A DNA stretch of 63,914 bases, the filler included, from Reticulomyxa filosa (lineage: Eukaryota > Protista > Foraminifera): the NCBI GenBank assembly GCA_000512085.1. It is 14 parts of 14 records of this genome, joined end to end, with 100 filler letters (N's around TTAATTAATTAA, not from the genome) between each part and the next. Parts side by side here need not be neighbours in the genome. Positions count along the whole stretch, not along the records: positions 1 to 11,457 come from ASPP01012775.1; positions 11,558 to 14,575 come from ASPP01005127.1; 12 more parts are not named here. One strand, written 5' to 3'. A program made the position numbers and the translations under genes. This document shows positions 1-11,596 of the stretch, one piece after another. The notes beneath the pieces are model-generated. The model did not search any database. It had not been told where the DNA came from and was given only the letters and a program-made list of their open reading frames with translations. Position 1 is the first letter of the stretch. Each line of letters starts with the position of its first letter.

Positions 1-736
1 TTTTTTTTTTTTCTTTTTTTTTTTTGGGATTAGGTCTTTTTTTTTGTCGTGGGTGCTATGTCATCTTACGTTTTTTTGGACCTGTTTGGATTACTTTTTT
101 TTTTAAAAAAAAAAAGAATAGTTGTTGGATTTACAACTTTTCGTACCTTTCTTTTTTTTTTCGGTTTAGGGTTTTCTTCCCCTTTTTAAGGATGACGTCC
201 TTTGTGGTCTGGTTTAAAATATCTTTCTTTTGATAGTATGGGTTTGGTTTGTGTGATTTTGTGGTGTTTAAGCGATGTTTTGGAACTATTGCACAATATA
301 TTTTTTTTCTTGCTGTCCTCTCGGAATCATTACACAATCGTATTGAAAGGGCAAAAATGTACTATTTTGAAGGACAGAAGAAGAAAACGGGATGATTGAC
401 TTTCGTCAATTTAAAAAATAAAGTTTGTATTTCATGGAAAAGATCGATAAGTTCATAATATTCAGCTTGTTTGTTCATTGTCAGACCAATTTTAAAACTG
501 CAAATGCATTTTATAAAATTAAACGTATGTTACATCCAATCCATAGTTTTTTCAAAGTGCTGACTGTGAAAACATTTGCCTTTTGACAATTACTGGCAAT
601 ATAATGCACTGTCGACAAACGTGTTTAAATCGTACAACATGTAGTATCTTAATCTTTTAGAAAGGCTTTAACTGACAAAAAGAATCTAAGCCCCGAATTT
701 TTTACTCTACTAATTGGAGGGACAAATATCAATCCA

Positions 737-3700
737 ATGAATCCAGCATTTTTGGAACTTTTGAAGCGGCGAAAAGAAGCGGCGGTATTATTTTGCGCAC
801 TAATGTTGACGAAGCACAGCAAAAAAACAAAAAAATAAAAGGACCAATATTCGACAGTAGGAATTGGACAAGGTGGAGAATATAACAATGATGTCCCTTC
901 AATATCAAATCCAAATGTTCCCTTGCCCTCTCGAATCACTCGTGTTCCTTTGCCTCCCCTGCGACAACTAAATTTCTTCACGGGACACATTTGCGACAAA
1001 TCAGAGACAGGATTGACGGGACTACAAAATCAAGGTGCGACATGCTACTTAAACTCGCTGTTGCAAGCGTTGTTTATGACACCCGAATTGAGACAGGCAG
1101 TGTACGAGTTTACATACGACCCCGAGTTGCACCCTCAAGAAAAGTCGTGCATTCCCTTGCAGCTGCAGCGGTTGTTTTCAAGACTGCAGATATCGATCAA
1201 AGGAGCAGTTGAGCTCTCTCTCTTTTCTCTTTTCTCCAAAGAACACTCTCTTTAAATGAGTCTACTGCGAAAATGCGAGAGTCGTTTTAAGAGAGTATAG
1301 AATGTTGTGCATGTACGCTATTGCACATGCACAGCAACAACAAATAATGACAAATAACAAAAAAGGTATCCACAAGCGATTTGACGACCTCGTTTGGGTG
1401 GACAGACGGACAAGTATACACGCAACACGATGTGTTGGAATTGGCGGATGTGTTGTTCGACTTTATCGAAAATCAGGCATTTGGGTTTCGATTGGCGGAC
1501 GTGGTGAGCACGTATCATCGAATGAACGTATTGAGTTATGCGCAGTGCCTGCAGTGCGAACATCTGCGTCCGCGACAAGACTCGTCGCATGGCATCGGCT
1601 TGGACATTGAAAAAGCAACGTCCTTTGATGACGCCATGAAGCGCTATATCACGCCCGAAATTCTGACCGACGGCAACAAAGTCAATTGCGACGTGTGCAA
1701 CGAAAAGACAAGCACCAAAAAAGGCTATCGCTTCGACTCCTTTCCTTACATTTTGAAAGTCTATTTTCGAAGATGGACGTTCAACATGGCCACACTGTCC
1801 AGAGTCAAAATTGATAAAGAAATACCATTTCCTTTGGAATTTGACGCCAATCAATATATCGGCTGTGATGGATATTGGCAACAGTCTGATTATGACTCAT
1901 CTTCGATTCCCAAAGAGACTTTGTCAAGGTCTTTCCTTTGTTTCTTTTTCAAGTGTTGTGCTTTTGTTAAGCCAATCATTTTTCTTCTTTTTTTTTTTAA
2001 AAAAAGTGAGTCGAACAACAAAGAGCCGCAAATCTACGAATTGTATGCAATGCTCATCCACACTGGTGGAGCCATGGGAGGACATTACTTTGCTTATATC
2101 AAAGACTTTGACACTGGCAAATGGTTTCAATTCAACGATAGTCGTGTCGTCGAAATCCCTTTGGATGTGTTGAACGACTTTTTCAAGCAAACTCCGGAAG
2201 ACAAGCAGGAACAAGAGCAAAAGGACAAAGATACATCCGAACAAAATACAACGGATAGCAATGAGACTAATGATAAGGACACCGCAAATAACTCTCCTGT
2301 CAATGGTTTGCATTTTAGAGCTTGTTCATGCATGTGTGAATCGAAAAACACGAGAAAGAAAGGGAGTAAAAAAAACAAAACAATACACAATATATAATAA
2401 ATAATAAATAAAATGATCCAGAAAAAGGTGATTTTGCATTGGAAGAAGACATTAAAAAAAAATTGGTTGGAAAGATGGGTGGAATCGATGTAAGCGGAGC
2501 ATTGGCCGACGCATTGAAAAAGAAAGAGGAAACTCGCAAGCGATTTGAAAACGCCAAACCATGCACCGTGCAAGCCACCGAGCCTTGCGTCCGTGAAAAC
2601 GAGACAAAGACGGAGTCAACGTCGAACAGACCTTCTTTCATAAATCCAATGAAAGCTGCATATATGTTGATCTATCGATTGAAAGACGCGTCGAAAAATA
2701 TGAATCACGTGTCCCGAGATATCATTCCGGAAGCACTTGTTGAAGAAATCCAAAGAGAAGACATAGTGTATCTCCGACAAAAAGAAGAATACGAGCGCGT
2801 AAAAGATTTGTTGAATTTGGCCATATATTACAAAGACGAGATCCACGAAGTGTTCGTGGACAAGCGCGTGACCTTGGGAGAGGCATACCAACAGGTGTTG
2901 GACAAGTTGCGCGACAAAGTACCCGAACTCAGCTCGCTGAAGTGTATGCGTCTGCGAAAGATGAAAGTGATGCCCAGACCAGTGCCCATGGAGCCATTGG
3001 ACAATGACTTGTTCGACCGAACGTTGGAGCATTTGCAATTCGCCGACGTGGAACATCTGTGGCTGGAGACGAGGACATCCGAGGAAGAGCCATTTCCCGT
3101 CTACGAACCCGCGAGGATGGAGTTACGTATGGTGGAGTTGGACGTGGAGAAAATGGAGCTTAAGCCCGAATTGATTGTGTTTGTCCCCGAGGACGGAACC
3201 GTACGAGACTTACGTCAGGCTTGTGCCGATATGATGGGTCTCATCGATCCCACCCACTTGCGATTGGTCTTTCAATCACAAGATACGGCCGCGCTGTGGA
3301 TCAATGACAACTTGAAACTCAAGGTCGATCAAAGATTGCGTCCAGGAGACACCATTCATGTCGAACGCTGCGACAATTACTTAACGGGCGACTCTGTCCT
3401 ACTCAAGCGCTTCAACGATATGCTGAACGTTGTCACTATTCGTTACAATAAACTTCTAAAAGAACACGAAGAAGTCGTATTCGATCAATTTCTTTCTTTT
3501 GATATCCGCCAGTCCTTGGGAGAGCTCAAAACCAAATTGAGCGAAGCTCTAAGTTATGTATCTGCTTGTGTCTTGGTTCACTCACTCATCTATTCACTCG
3601 ACACAAAGGTGTACCCATGGACGAACTCGTATTGAGACGTAACTTCAATGATCACGAATTCAAGGATCTGACCAAATCGTTGTTGTATTATGAAATGCGC

Positions 3701-4984
3701 TCCAATAGTCACATCTTTGTGGAAAAGGGAAAGCCTTTGAAATCCACCGAGTTTTTATTTCAAATATTTATTGAAGATGAAATCTATAAAACCAGAAAAC
3801 GAGAATATGATCAAAAAAAAGTGTTGGAAGAAGCCAAAAGAGAGGTGGAAAGGGTCAAGAAAGAAAAACAATCCAAAGGAGATAAAGACAACGCAAACGA
3901 AACAGTTGAAAATAACTTGCAACAACAAAATAACGAACAAAAAACACAAGATGTCGAATTACCGGGTGCAGAACCAGATTTGGGAGATGCGTTTTTATTT
4001 GTTGGCAATGTTATATTGGACGAAAATTGGAAAATGGGTCATGTCAAGCAAGTCATCTTTGATGCCATTCCAAATGTATTAAGACGAGAGAGAAAAAGAA
4101 AAAAAAAAAAAAAAAAAAGAAGAACGATATTCTGTATATATTTTGTATGTACGTATACACGTATACGTGTGTGGATTGGTTTGGGTGAAATAAGATGCCT
4201 CATCCAGATTACATGCGTATTCGAGATTTTACTAGTTCACGTTTGACTAAAGTGTATCTTGACACAAAGACGTTAAGGGGCAATTGCGGCCGAGGCAAAA
4301 ACAATGTTCATGATTTCCAACAAATCTGCGTACAAAAGGTAGCAACCAAAGAACATTTGACAAAAGATCACTTGCTACTGTTAGTAGGAAGATGGTATCC
4401 TCGAGAAATGGATTTTGCAGTATTCGAAGAGCTATCGTTTTTAAACTCGACACCAATTAAAACCGACTTGCGTCGCATGCTGAGTGAATACAGTGGCATT
4501 TCTTTTGAAGATTTGCAAGTTATTCGTCCATTTCCATATCAAATTACCAAAGTTAAAGAACGCGCCAAATTATGTGTCGCTGATTGGGAAATGCTCGATA
4601 TTCGTAATGACTCCACTTTGGCGTCCAAACGTCCATGGAAGTGCAAAAGTGGTGACTACATTGTTTTCAAAGATAGAAATGAAAAAGAACTTTACACACG
4701 TGAAGATTTTGATATGGGATTAGTTTCTTTGGCTCCATTTATCCGGGAAGAGGTTCCATTGATCTTTTATACGCCTGAACAACAGATTGAAAGAGAAGTT
4801 GATCTTTTTTGACTCAAAATTATCCAATCAACGTTTGTTAAAAGAGATTTGTTATGTTTATTAAAAAAATCAATAGCGAGAAAAGGAAGAACAAAAGAAA
4901 AAAGAACAGAAAGAGACCATTACTGTTCGAACAAGCAACGAAAAAGCTGAATCTGTAACAGCTACCACGCAAACTGCAGTCTAG
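737..4984 (+). CDS. Ubiquitin-specific protease (peptidase C19, USP47/USP40/USP7-like) with long C-terminal extension; about 8 exons
   Basis: Cys box GLQNQGATCYLNSLLQ, QHD motif, His box HTGGAMGGHY, and FNDS. Hand-spliced GT-AG introns 785-841, 1208-1365, 1929-2006, 2306-2427, 3553-3608, ~4076-4194 and ~4798-4876 keep frame from ATG 737 to TAG 4982-4984. Confidence 0.93.
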
Positions 4985-7232
4985 TTCTCCAGGAGAAAAC
5001 GATTTTATCCTTGCATTTTTTTGGCAAAAGGCGGGCTCAGAAATGCTTAATGACGTTGTGGTCCTAATAAGCAATCATCAACGCTGGTTTTTGTGAAAGA
5101 TTCAATATGTTGTTATCTTTGATACAAACTTGTTTTTTGTAGAAAACTAAACAAAAATTGATATTCTTTGAGCCAATCGTGTTTCAAAAACTTTTTTAAG
5201 TGAATCCAGAGCTGAGTATAGTGTCACATAAGCATAATGATTTAATTTTAACTAAGTATTATACCTGATTTTGTATACTACATATATTCATAATTATTTC
5301 CTGTATACTGACTTACTGTTAAAACTTGCTACCTTTTTAGAACATCTCAATTTACCCAAACACAAACAACTTTAATCATGTGGCGGACATGTACATAATA
5401 ATACTTATTTTTGTGTACTTTTTAAGGTTATTCTTTAAATAAATATCTTTAAAAATACAAATAATTTGTTATATTTTATTCCATTTTTATCAATTATTTT
5501 TTTTGGAATATTTTATGAAGTTTATCGACATTTTCTTGTTTTGGCGTTTTGCTGTTTTTTTTGGCCTATTTTTTGGTTTTTGCTGCTTTAATTGCTTTGT
5601 GACACTGTTTTTTGGTTTTATATCTTAACTATTTGTTTTTGTTGTGAATTTTTTTGCTTTTGCCAGCAAAAAAAATATACAAACTAAAAATTAAAAAAAA
5701 CAAATGACAACTTAAATTTGCAAAAAGGGACAGGAAAAAATTTCAAAGATAAAATAAAAAACCAAAATAATATTTAAAAACTAAACTATTTGTAGATATT
5801 TTTCAAAAAAAATTTGATAAATGTTGTTTTTCATAGAGAAAATCGATCATCTTCATAATGTCAACTTTCTTTTTTATTCTACTGTATTTTAATGTATTTT
5901 TACAACTCCATAATGTATTTAATTATTTTTTAAATTTTTTAACTATTGTTTGGCTTTATTTAACTTAATCAGCTGTTCAATAAGTACGATTGATAATATA
6001 AAAGAACATTATAAAATATATTATAAATCTTGAAAACGATATTGCGTCAATTAAATAATGTTTCTATAGTACAATTACTATTATTACCAAAATTGTAATT
6101 GCAATAATTAAATATTACGACTATTTCAATGTAAATTTTAGTCTAATATTAATAATTTGAATACAGTCAGTTAAATTATCATATATCCCTTCAATGTCAA
6201 TGTAATAACCATTGATTAAATACTTAAATGTTTTAAATTTCGGTTTTTATCAACTAGTATTAATGATTATAATAGTTATTGCGTTTACTGAAGTAATGAT
6301 TTTATTTAAATTAGTTCAAATTCAACGTTATACAGTAGTTTAAAAAAAAATTGTACATCTAAAAAAAAGGGGGCTTTTTAGTATTTGACTTGAAAAGAGC
6401 TAAAGTAAAAATAATTTTGTAGATACATAGAACAAATCACATAATATCTTTCCTCAATGTTGTATTATCTTGTCTCTTGCATTTATTTGAAAAGTTACAT
6501 TCAATTTTTTTAGCTGGCTTTTACAGTATGACTTTTTTTTATAACAAAAATTTTTGTATTAAATCTATATCAAACTGTAAAGAAAAAATAATCAATTTAA
6601 CAAACGTTTACACTTGTTTAAAAGAAGCTTTTGTGTATAATTTACTACTTAGTGTAATCGAACTTGACCTTTATCACATCATTAATGCACTTAGGCATTG
6701 ACTTTCATCGACATGTGTTCGCCCGCTGTTCTTTAGTCTTTGGCACAATTTTATTTTTGATATTTGATAAGCAAATCAGAAATTGATACACTTTGCGTTC
6801 CCTTGAATAGTCAATATAATATGACTTAATTTATGGTATTTTTTTACATTGTTTGAAATGCAATTTTTATTTTTACAGTTTACTGTTTAACTTTATCATG
6901 ATATCTGTTTTTTTAATAAGCAAGGCATTGTAAAGTTTGTATAATTCTGATAATAAATATTCACTTTAAATGGATAAATAAAGTTTTGTAATTTTCAAAA
7001 AAGTGTTTGTCATAATTTTTTAGAAAGTAAATGTTTATGTTTAATTGAATACTCACTTACACGTTGAAGTGAACTTGTGTTGTCTCTTGGCACTATTTTA
7101 AGCTTTTTAATAATTTTTCTCCAATTCATTTCTGCCGATTCAATTTGCTTTAGAGATTCTTATCTACATCAATTTTACTTTGGCACGTCGCATACTTTGA
7201 CCTGAAGAGAACGTCCACAAAAAAAAAAGAAA

Positions 7233-7999
7233 ATGGCAGAAGAGAAACATGAAGAAGTTGGAGGTTTGGATGATGAAGAAGAACAAATTCTAACACTAGT
7301 GTCTATGGAAGAAACCGACCCACAGAAATTTACCATTAACAAAAACGCAGCACAGATGTGTAAATTGGTGAGGAGTATTTTGGAAGGAGGTTTGTATTTT
7401 TGTCTATTTATTTCTTACAGGGAAAATAATGTTCTCGTGTTCCCTGAAAATTCTCCTAAATAAAAAAACGTCTTTTCGCACTTGTGTTTCTTCTTCTGCT
7501 TTAATTTTGAAATAAAATATCAGATAAACATTTATGAGTGTCTTATTTACTTCCAAAAAAGCGGTTTTATTTGTATACGTAGCCTCTGAAAAACAAAACT
7601 ATTTAATGTGTTGTTACAATTGCTTTGGTGGTGGAATGCTTAATAGACGCATCAACAACAGAAATTCCAATAAAAAAAGTAAAAGGAGAAATATTGGCAC
7701 TGATAGTTGAATACTTGAAACATCACAACGGAAAAATACCTGCGGAAATTGCCAAACCAATCAGAAGTGTTAAAATGGAGAAAATTGTTGAAGATAAGTG
7801 GGATGCTGATTTCATCAATAATATGTCCAAAAAAGTTATTTTTCAAGTCATTTTAGGTGCCAATTATATGGATGTCCCATCTTTGTTGCATTTGGGATGT
7901 GCCAAAATTGCGACCTTGATCAAAGGCAAGTCACCTGACGAAATTAAACAAATTTTGTCGGATGACTCAGACAAGGTCGAAACCAAGACAGATGCTTGA
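7233..7999 (+). CDS. SKP1: SKP1 (SCF ubiquitin ligase adaptor), 2 exons
   Basis: Motifs LIVEYLKHH, WDADFI and ILGANYMDVPSLLHLGCAKIATLIKGKSPDEI. Intron 7390-7646 (GT..AG) joins the two ORFs in frame. Confidence 0.93.
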
Positions 8000-8843
8000 G
8001 GTTTTAGCATAACATTTTTCCGCAATCACTTTCGTCATTGTTAGCGCTCGTTTTTATTTGTTTTCCTTTATGTCACAATGTTTAATTTGCGCTAATCATT
8101 TTGTTCTGTTTTCGTTTTTTTTTTGCAAAAACTTGTGAGGTTGTGCAGTTAACAAATCTTCGTTTTGTTTGAAAATCTTCACTAAGCAACGTGGAAATAA
8201 CTTTAAATGGCTGTACTTAACAAGGCAGTTAAAATTACTCTCACACCTTACAAAGGAAGCATGAAAACTTTAAGCAAAAGAACGTTTGCAAACCTGATTG
8301 ATTTTATTTTAATAATAATGTATTGCATTTTTAACAAGGAAATTTAAACGTTGCTGTTAGTATCCAACTATCAAAAAAGATGTTATCGCTCTACTTTTGA
8401 TGTTCAATAAAATTGAATTTTTTGAGAAATATCTTTTTCCAGGACAACTCCAAAACAATGGAGTGCCTGTGGCTTTGCGGCCGACAATCAGTTTGGTATC
8501 ATTGTAAATACAATAAGTTTTGCCTTTGCAAATAAAATACTTTTTCAGCTAAAAATGGTGTATGCAACAATTTAAATTTTCAAAAAGATACAAAACACAA
8601 CTTCACAAGTGAAATACAATAAACAGAAAACTTATTGAAAACTTTACAATAATGACATGTTAGTACGAAATGATCATTTTCATGGATGTCATAGTTTTAG
8701 GTATATTTATTTATAGTTGCAAATAAAATGTGTTTGCACATTTTTCTTGTTGAAATACTTTTGCTGCGAAACAAAGAGCAAACTAAAAAGCAAAAGCACG
8801 AAGGAAAGCGTGTGACTTTTTCTTTTGGAAATAATCAAATAGG

Positions 8844-10713
8844 ATGTTGAATTCTGCAGAACCAAAAACGAATAGTGACGAAATAGATTATACAAAGAAT
8901 ATCTATGATGGTATGGGCCCAGAAAGCTCGGATAAACATGAACTGGCCAAGACGCGTTCTACACCTTACTCCGTACGCGTGAACGAAGTACCACCACGAT
9001 TTGAGTACAACGACCCAAAGGCTTACGAATATCTAAGAGCAAACGGATATGTGGTGATCCGCAATGTGCTAACGAAAGAAGAGTGTGTTAAGTTGGAAGA
9101 AGAAACATGGAACTGGTTAGAGCAACTGACTTTTCCGAACGAAGTGAAAATTAAACGAACAAGCCCAGAGACGTGGCACGACGGCAATTGGCCAGCAGAC
9201 CCTCGCACAGGAATTTTGTATAGTTATGGAATAGGACAGACTTATATGAGTTGGTACATTCGAAGTTTTGTTTCGATTGTTGTGTTCAATTCCACGAATA
9301 TTTTCATATTCTTTTGAATAGGAAAAACACACGTGATGTCCACACAGGTGTAACGTCAGTGAAGCAAGTATTTGCCAATATTTGGGGAACCCAAGACTTA
9401 ATTACTAGCTTCGACGGATGCAATTTGTTTCGCCCATGGCAGTACTACCATCGATGGCGTACCATTTCGGATTGGTGGCATACTGTTACTTACAAGCCAA
9501 ACACAACACGATATAACCGACGCCCGAATTGACTTTGTGTTTCGTTTGTTTGAACACTTTTCAAATGAATAGGACCAAAATGCCATTCGCAAACCCCTGG
9601 AAGGACTTCAAGTTCCACATCACTCCTTTGTTCTTGTTTCACGTTCACACACACACACACACACGTCAATTCATCTTGTCCACGACAACTCCATGCTTTG
9701 TGTCTTTCAATATGTGCCAAATAAACTAACCCAAATTGTCGTAGTGCGTGCAAGGACTAGTTTCGCTTATGGACTGCACTGCTGAAACGGGAGGGCTGGT
9801 CATCATTCCCAAGTCGCATTTCCATCATACCGAGGTTTGTCAACGCATCAACTATCATGGAGGGGACTTTGTGCCATTGCCGAGTTTAGCACAAAAGCAT
9901 TTGCCATTGTTGTCTGTGAGATATGGAAAAAAAAACAACAACACATACAGCAATTATTCATAGTCCGAGATAAACACAATTGTAAATTGATCAATAGAAG
10001 GCGAACCATTATTTGATATCATTCCTGAAGGTGGAATATTAGTGCAGTGCAAAGCTGGAGATTTGTGTTTGTGGGATGCAAGAACTATTCATGCAAATCA
10101 GCCGTCCATTCTGCCTGATACAGATCCTCTTACAAAGAAAGACTGGTAAATCAATAACTTGACAAAAAAATGACAACAGATTGATCAATTGTTTGTTTGT
10201 TGCTTACAATTGTTACAAAGGAAAAAACCTAAAGAAGGATGGAAATTAATTCGAATGGTGTATTATGTTTGCATGACACCAAGATATAAAGCAACGAATG
10301 AAACACTGAAGAAACGTTCCAAAGCATTCAGTCTTCATCATACTAGTACACACTGGCCTCATTGCTATGCGTATCGCATTGGCTCAAATTACGTTTCACA
10401 TACTTTTGAATTGAATGATTATCAAAAACAGCTTGTCGGGTATCCACGCAATTGGCTTGAAGAGTTGTACTGGCAACTAAAGTATCATCATCAAGTCAAT
10501 ATCTCCTCTCTTATACTCAAGCTTTCCTTTTCTTGTTTATGCGTTATTCTCTCTGCCAAATTCTTTAAACACAGACTTACTAATCGGCAATCCTCTACAA
10601 CAAATTCACTTACTTTTACTGGTTTATATTCTTTTGTTGCCAAACTCCCTTATATCGTTTTTCGTAGTGCTGTTGAGCTTTTGTTCATACAAGATGCTAA
10701 CTTTTATGCATAA
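8844..10713 (+). CDS. Phytanoyl-CoA dioxygenase (PhyH)-like Fe(II)/2OG oxygenase with C-terminal hydrophobic segment; multi-exon
   Basis: NGYVVIRNVL, spliced WWHT|DQNA (HxD motif), VQGLVSL..TGGLVIIPKSH, AGDLCLWDARTIH, YVCMTPR and TSTHWPH. Confidence 0.85.
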
Positions 10714-11457
10714 AATATTTTCAAAAGTTAATAATTTGCATTGCAAATAGAATCTTGTGAAACTTAACACTTGTTATGTGCAATTTTCACTTTTGAAAGC
10801 TGTTCAAAAACTTGTAGGGCAAGTCCATACTATAGATGGCCGAACTCTGGAAGAGTTGAGGAGCCTCCAGTGGGTTAAACTTATCAACCAACTTTCTTCA
10901 CTATTTGTTTGTTTGTTTCTTTCTTTTATCGAGTCGTTCATCTTTTATTTGTGTAATTTACTTTTGTTTTGCCGAAAACCGATCTCTTTTGAGTACCCCT
11001 TCTATTTCTCGAAAGGCGATTTGCTGGAATATGAAAGCCTTGCAATCTGTATTGGCAATTTGCCTTGATGTGGATATTGATCAGGCTGTATCTCGGAAAA
11101 CCAACTTCAAAGCATAAATGTATACTCTTGATAGTGTTTCCCTTTACAACTTTAATCCCTTCTTGTGTAAATAGATGTCCGCAATGCAACATCATCTGCA
11201 AACATCCAACATTGAATTGAATCTTGAACTGAATACACAATGTCATTAATGTATAACAGGAATAATCCTGTGAGACAAAGGCAATCAACCGAGTGATGAT
11301 AACAAAAGTTTGAAGAATAAATTGAAACCTTTTTACAATGAGATAGATGATTTTCATTCAAACAATTTTTAAATTAAAGCTATAGCTGCAAAGTTGAAGC
11401 TAGAATGCTGTTTGTTGGTTACTTTTGTAACATATTGTAATACTTAGTACTGTATTC

Positions 11458-11557
11458 NNNNNNNNNNNNNNNNNNNNNNNNNNNNNNNNNNNNNNNNNNN
11501 NTTAATTAATTAANNNNNNNNNNNNNNNNNNNNNNNNNNNNNNNNNNNNNNNNNNNN
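11458..11557. other. Artificial contig spacer N44-TTAATTAATTAA-N44, the first of 13. Others: 14576-14675, 19311-19410, 20465-20564, 24287-24386, 31920-32019, 53764-53863, 54864-54963, 56177-56276, 57376-57475, 58496-58595, 60184-60283, 62195-62294
   Basis: Identical 100-nt blocks containing a six-frame stop linker; composition changes across them. Confidence 0.99.
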
Positions 11558-11596
11558 AAAATAATAATAATAAAAAAATAGAATGTTTGTTGATAG

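Noticed and set aside
10757-11361. Ubiquitin-like remnant (DGRTLEEL) and nearby short ORFs
   Set aside because: Similarity is too short and there is no coherent reading frame.
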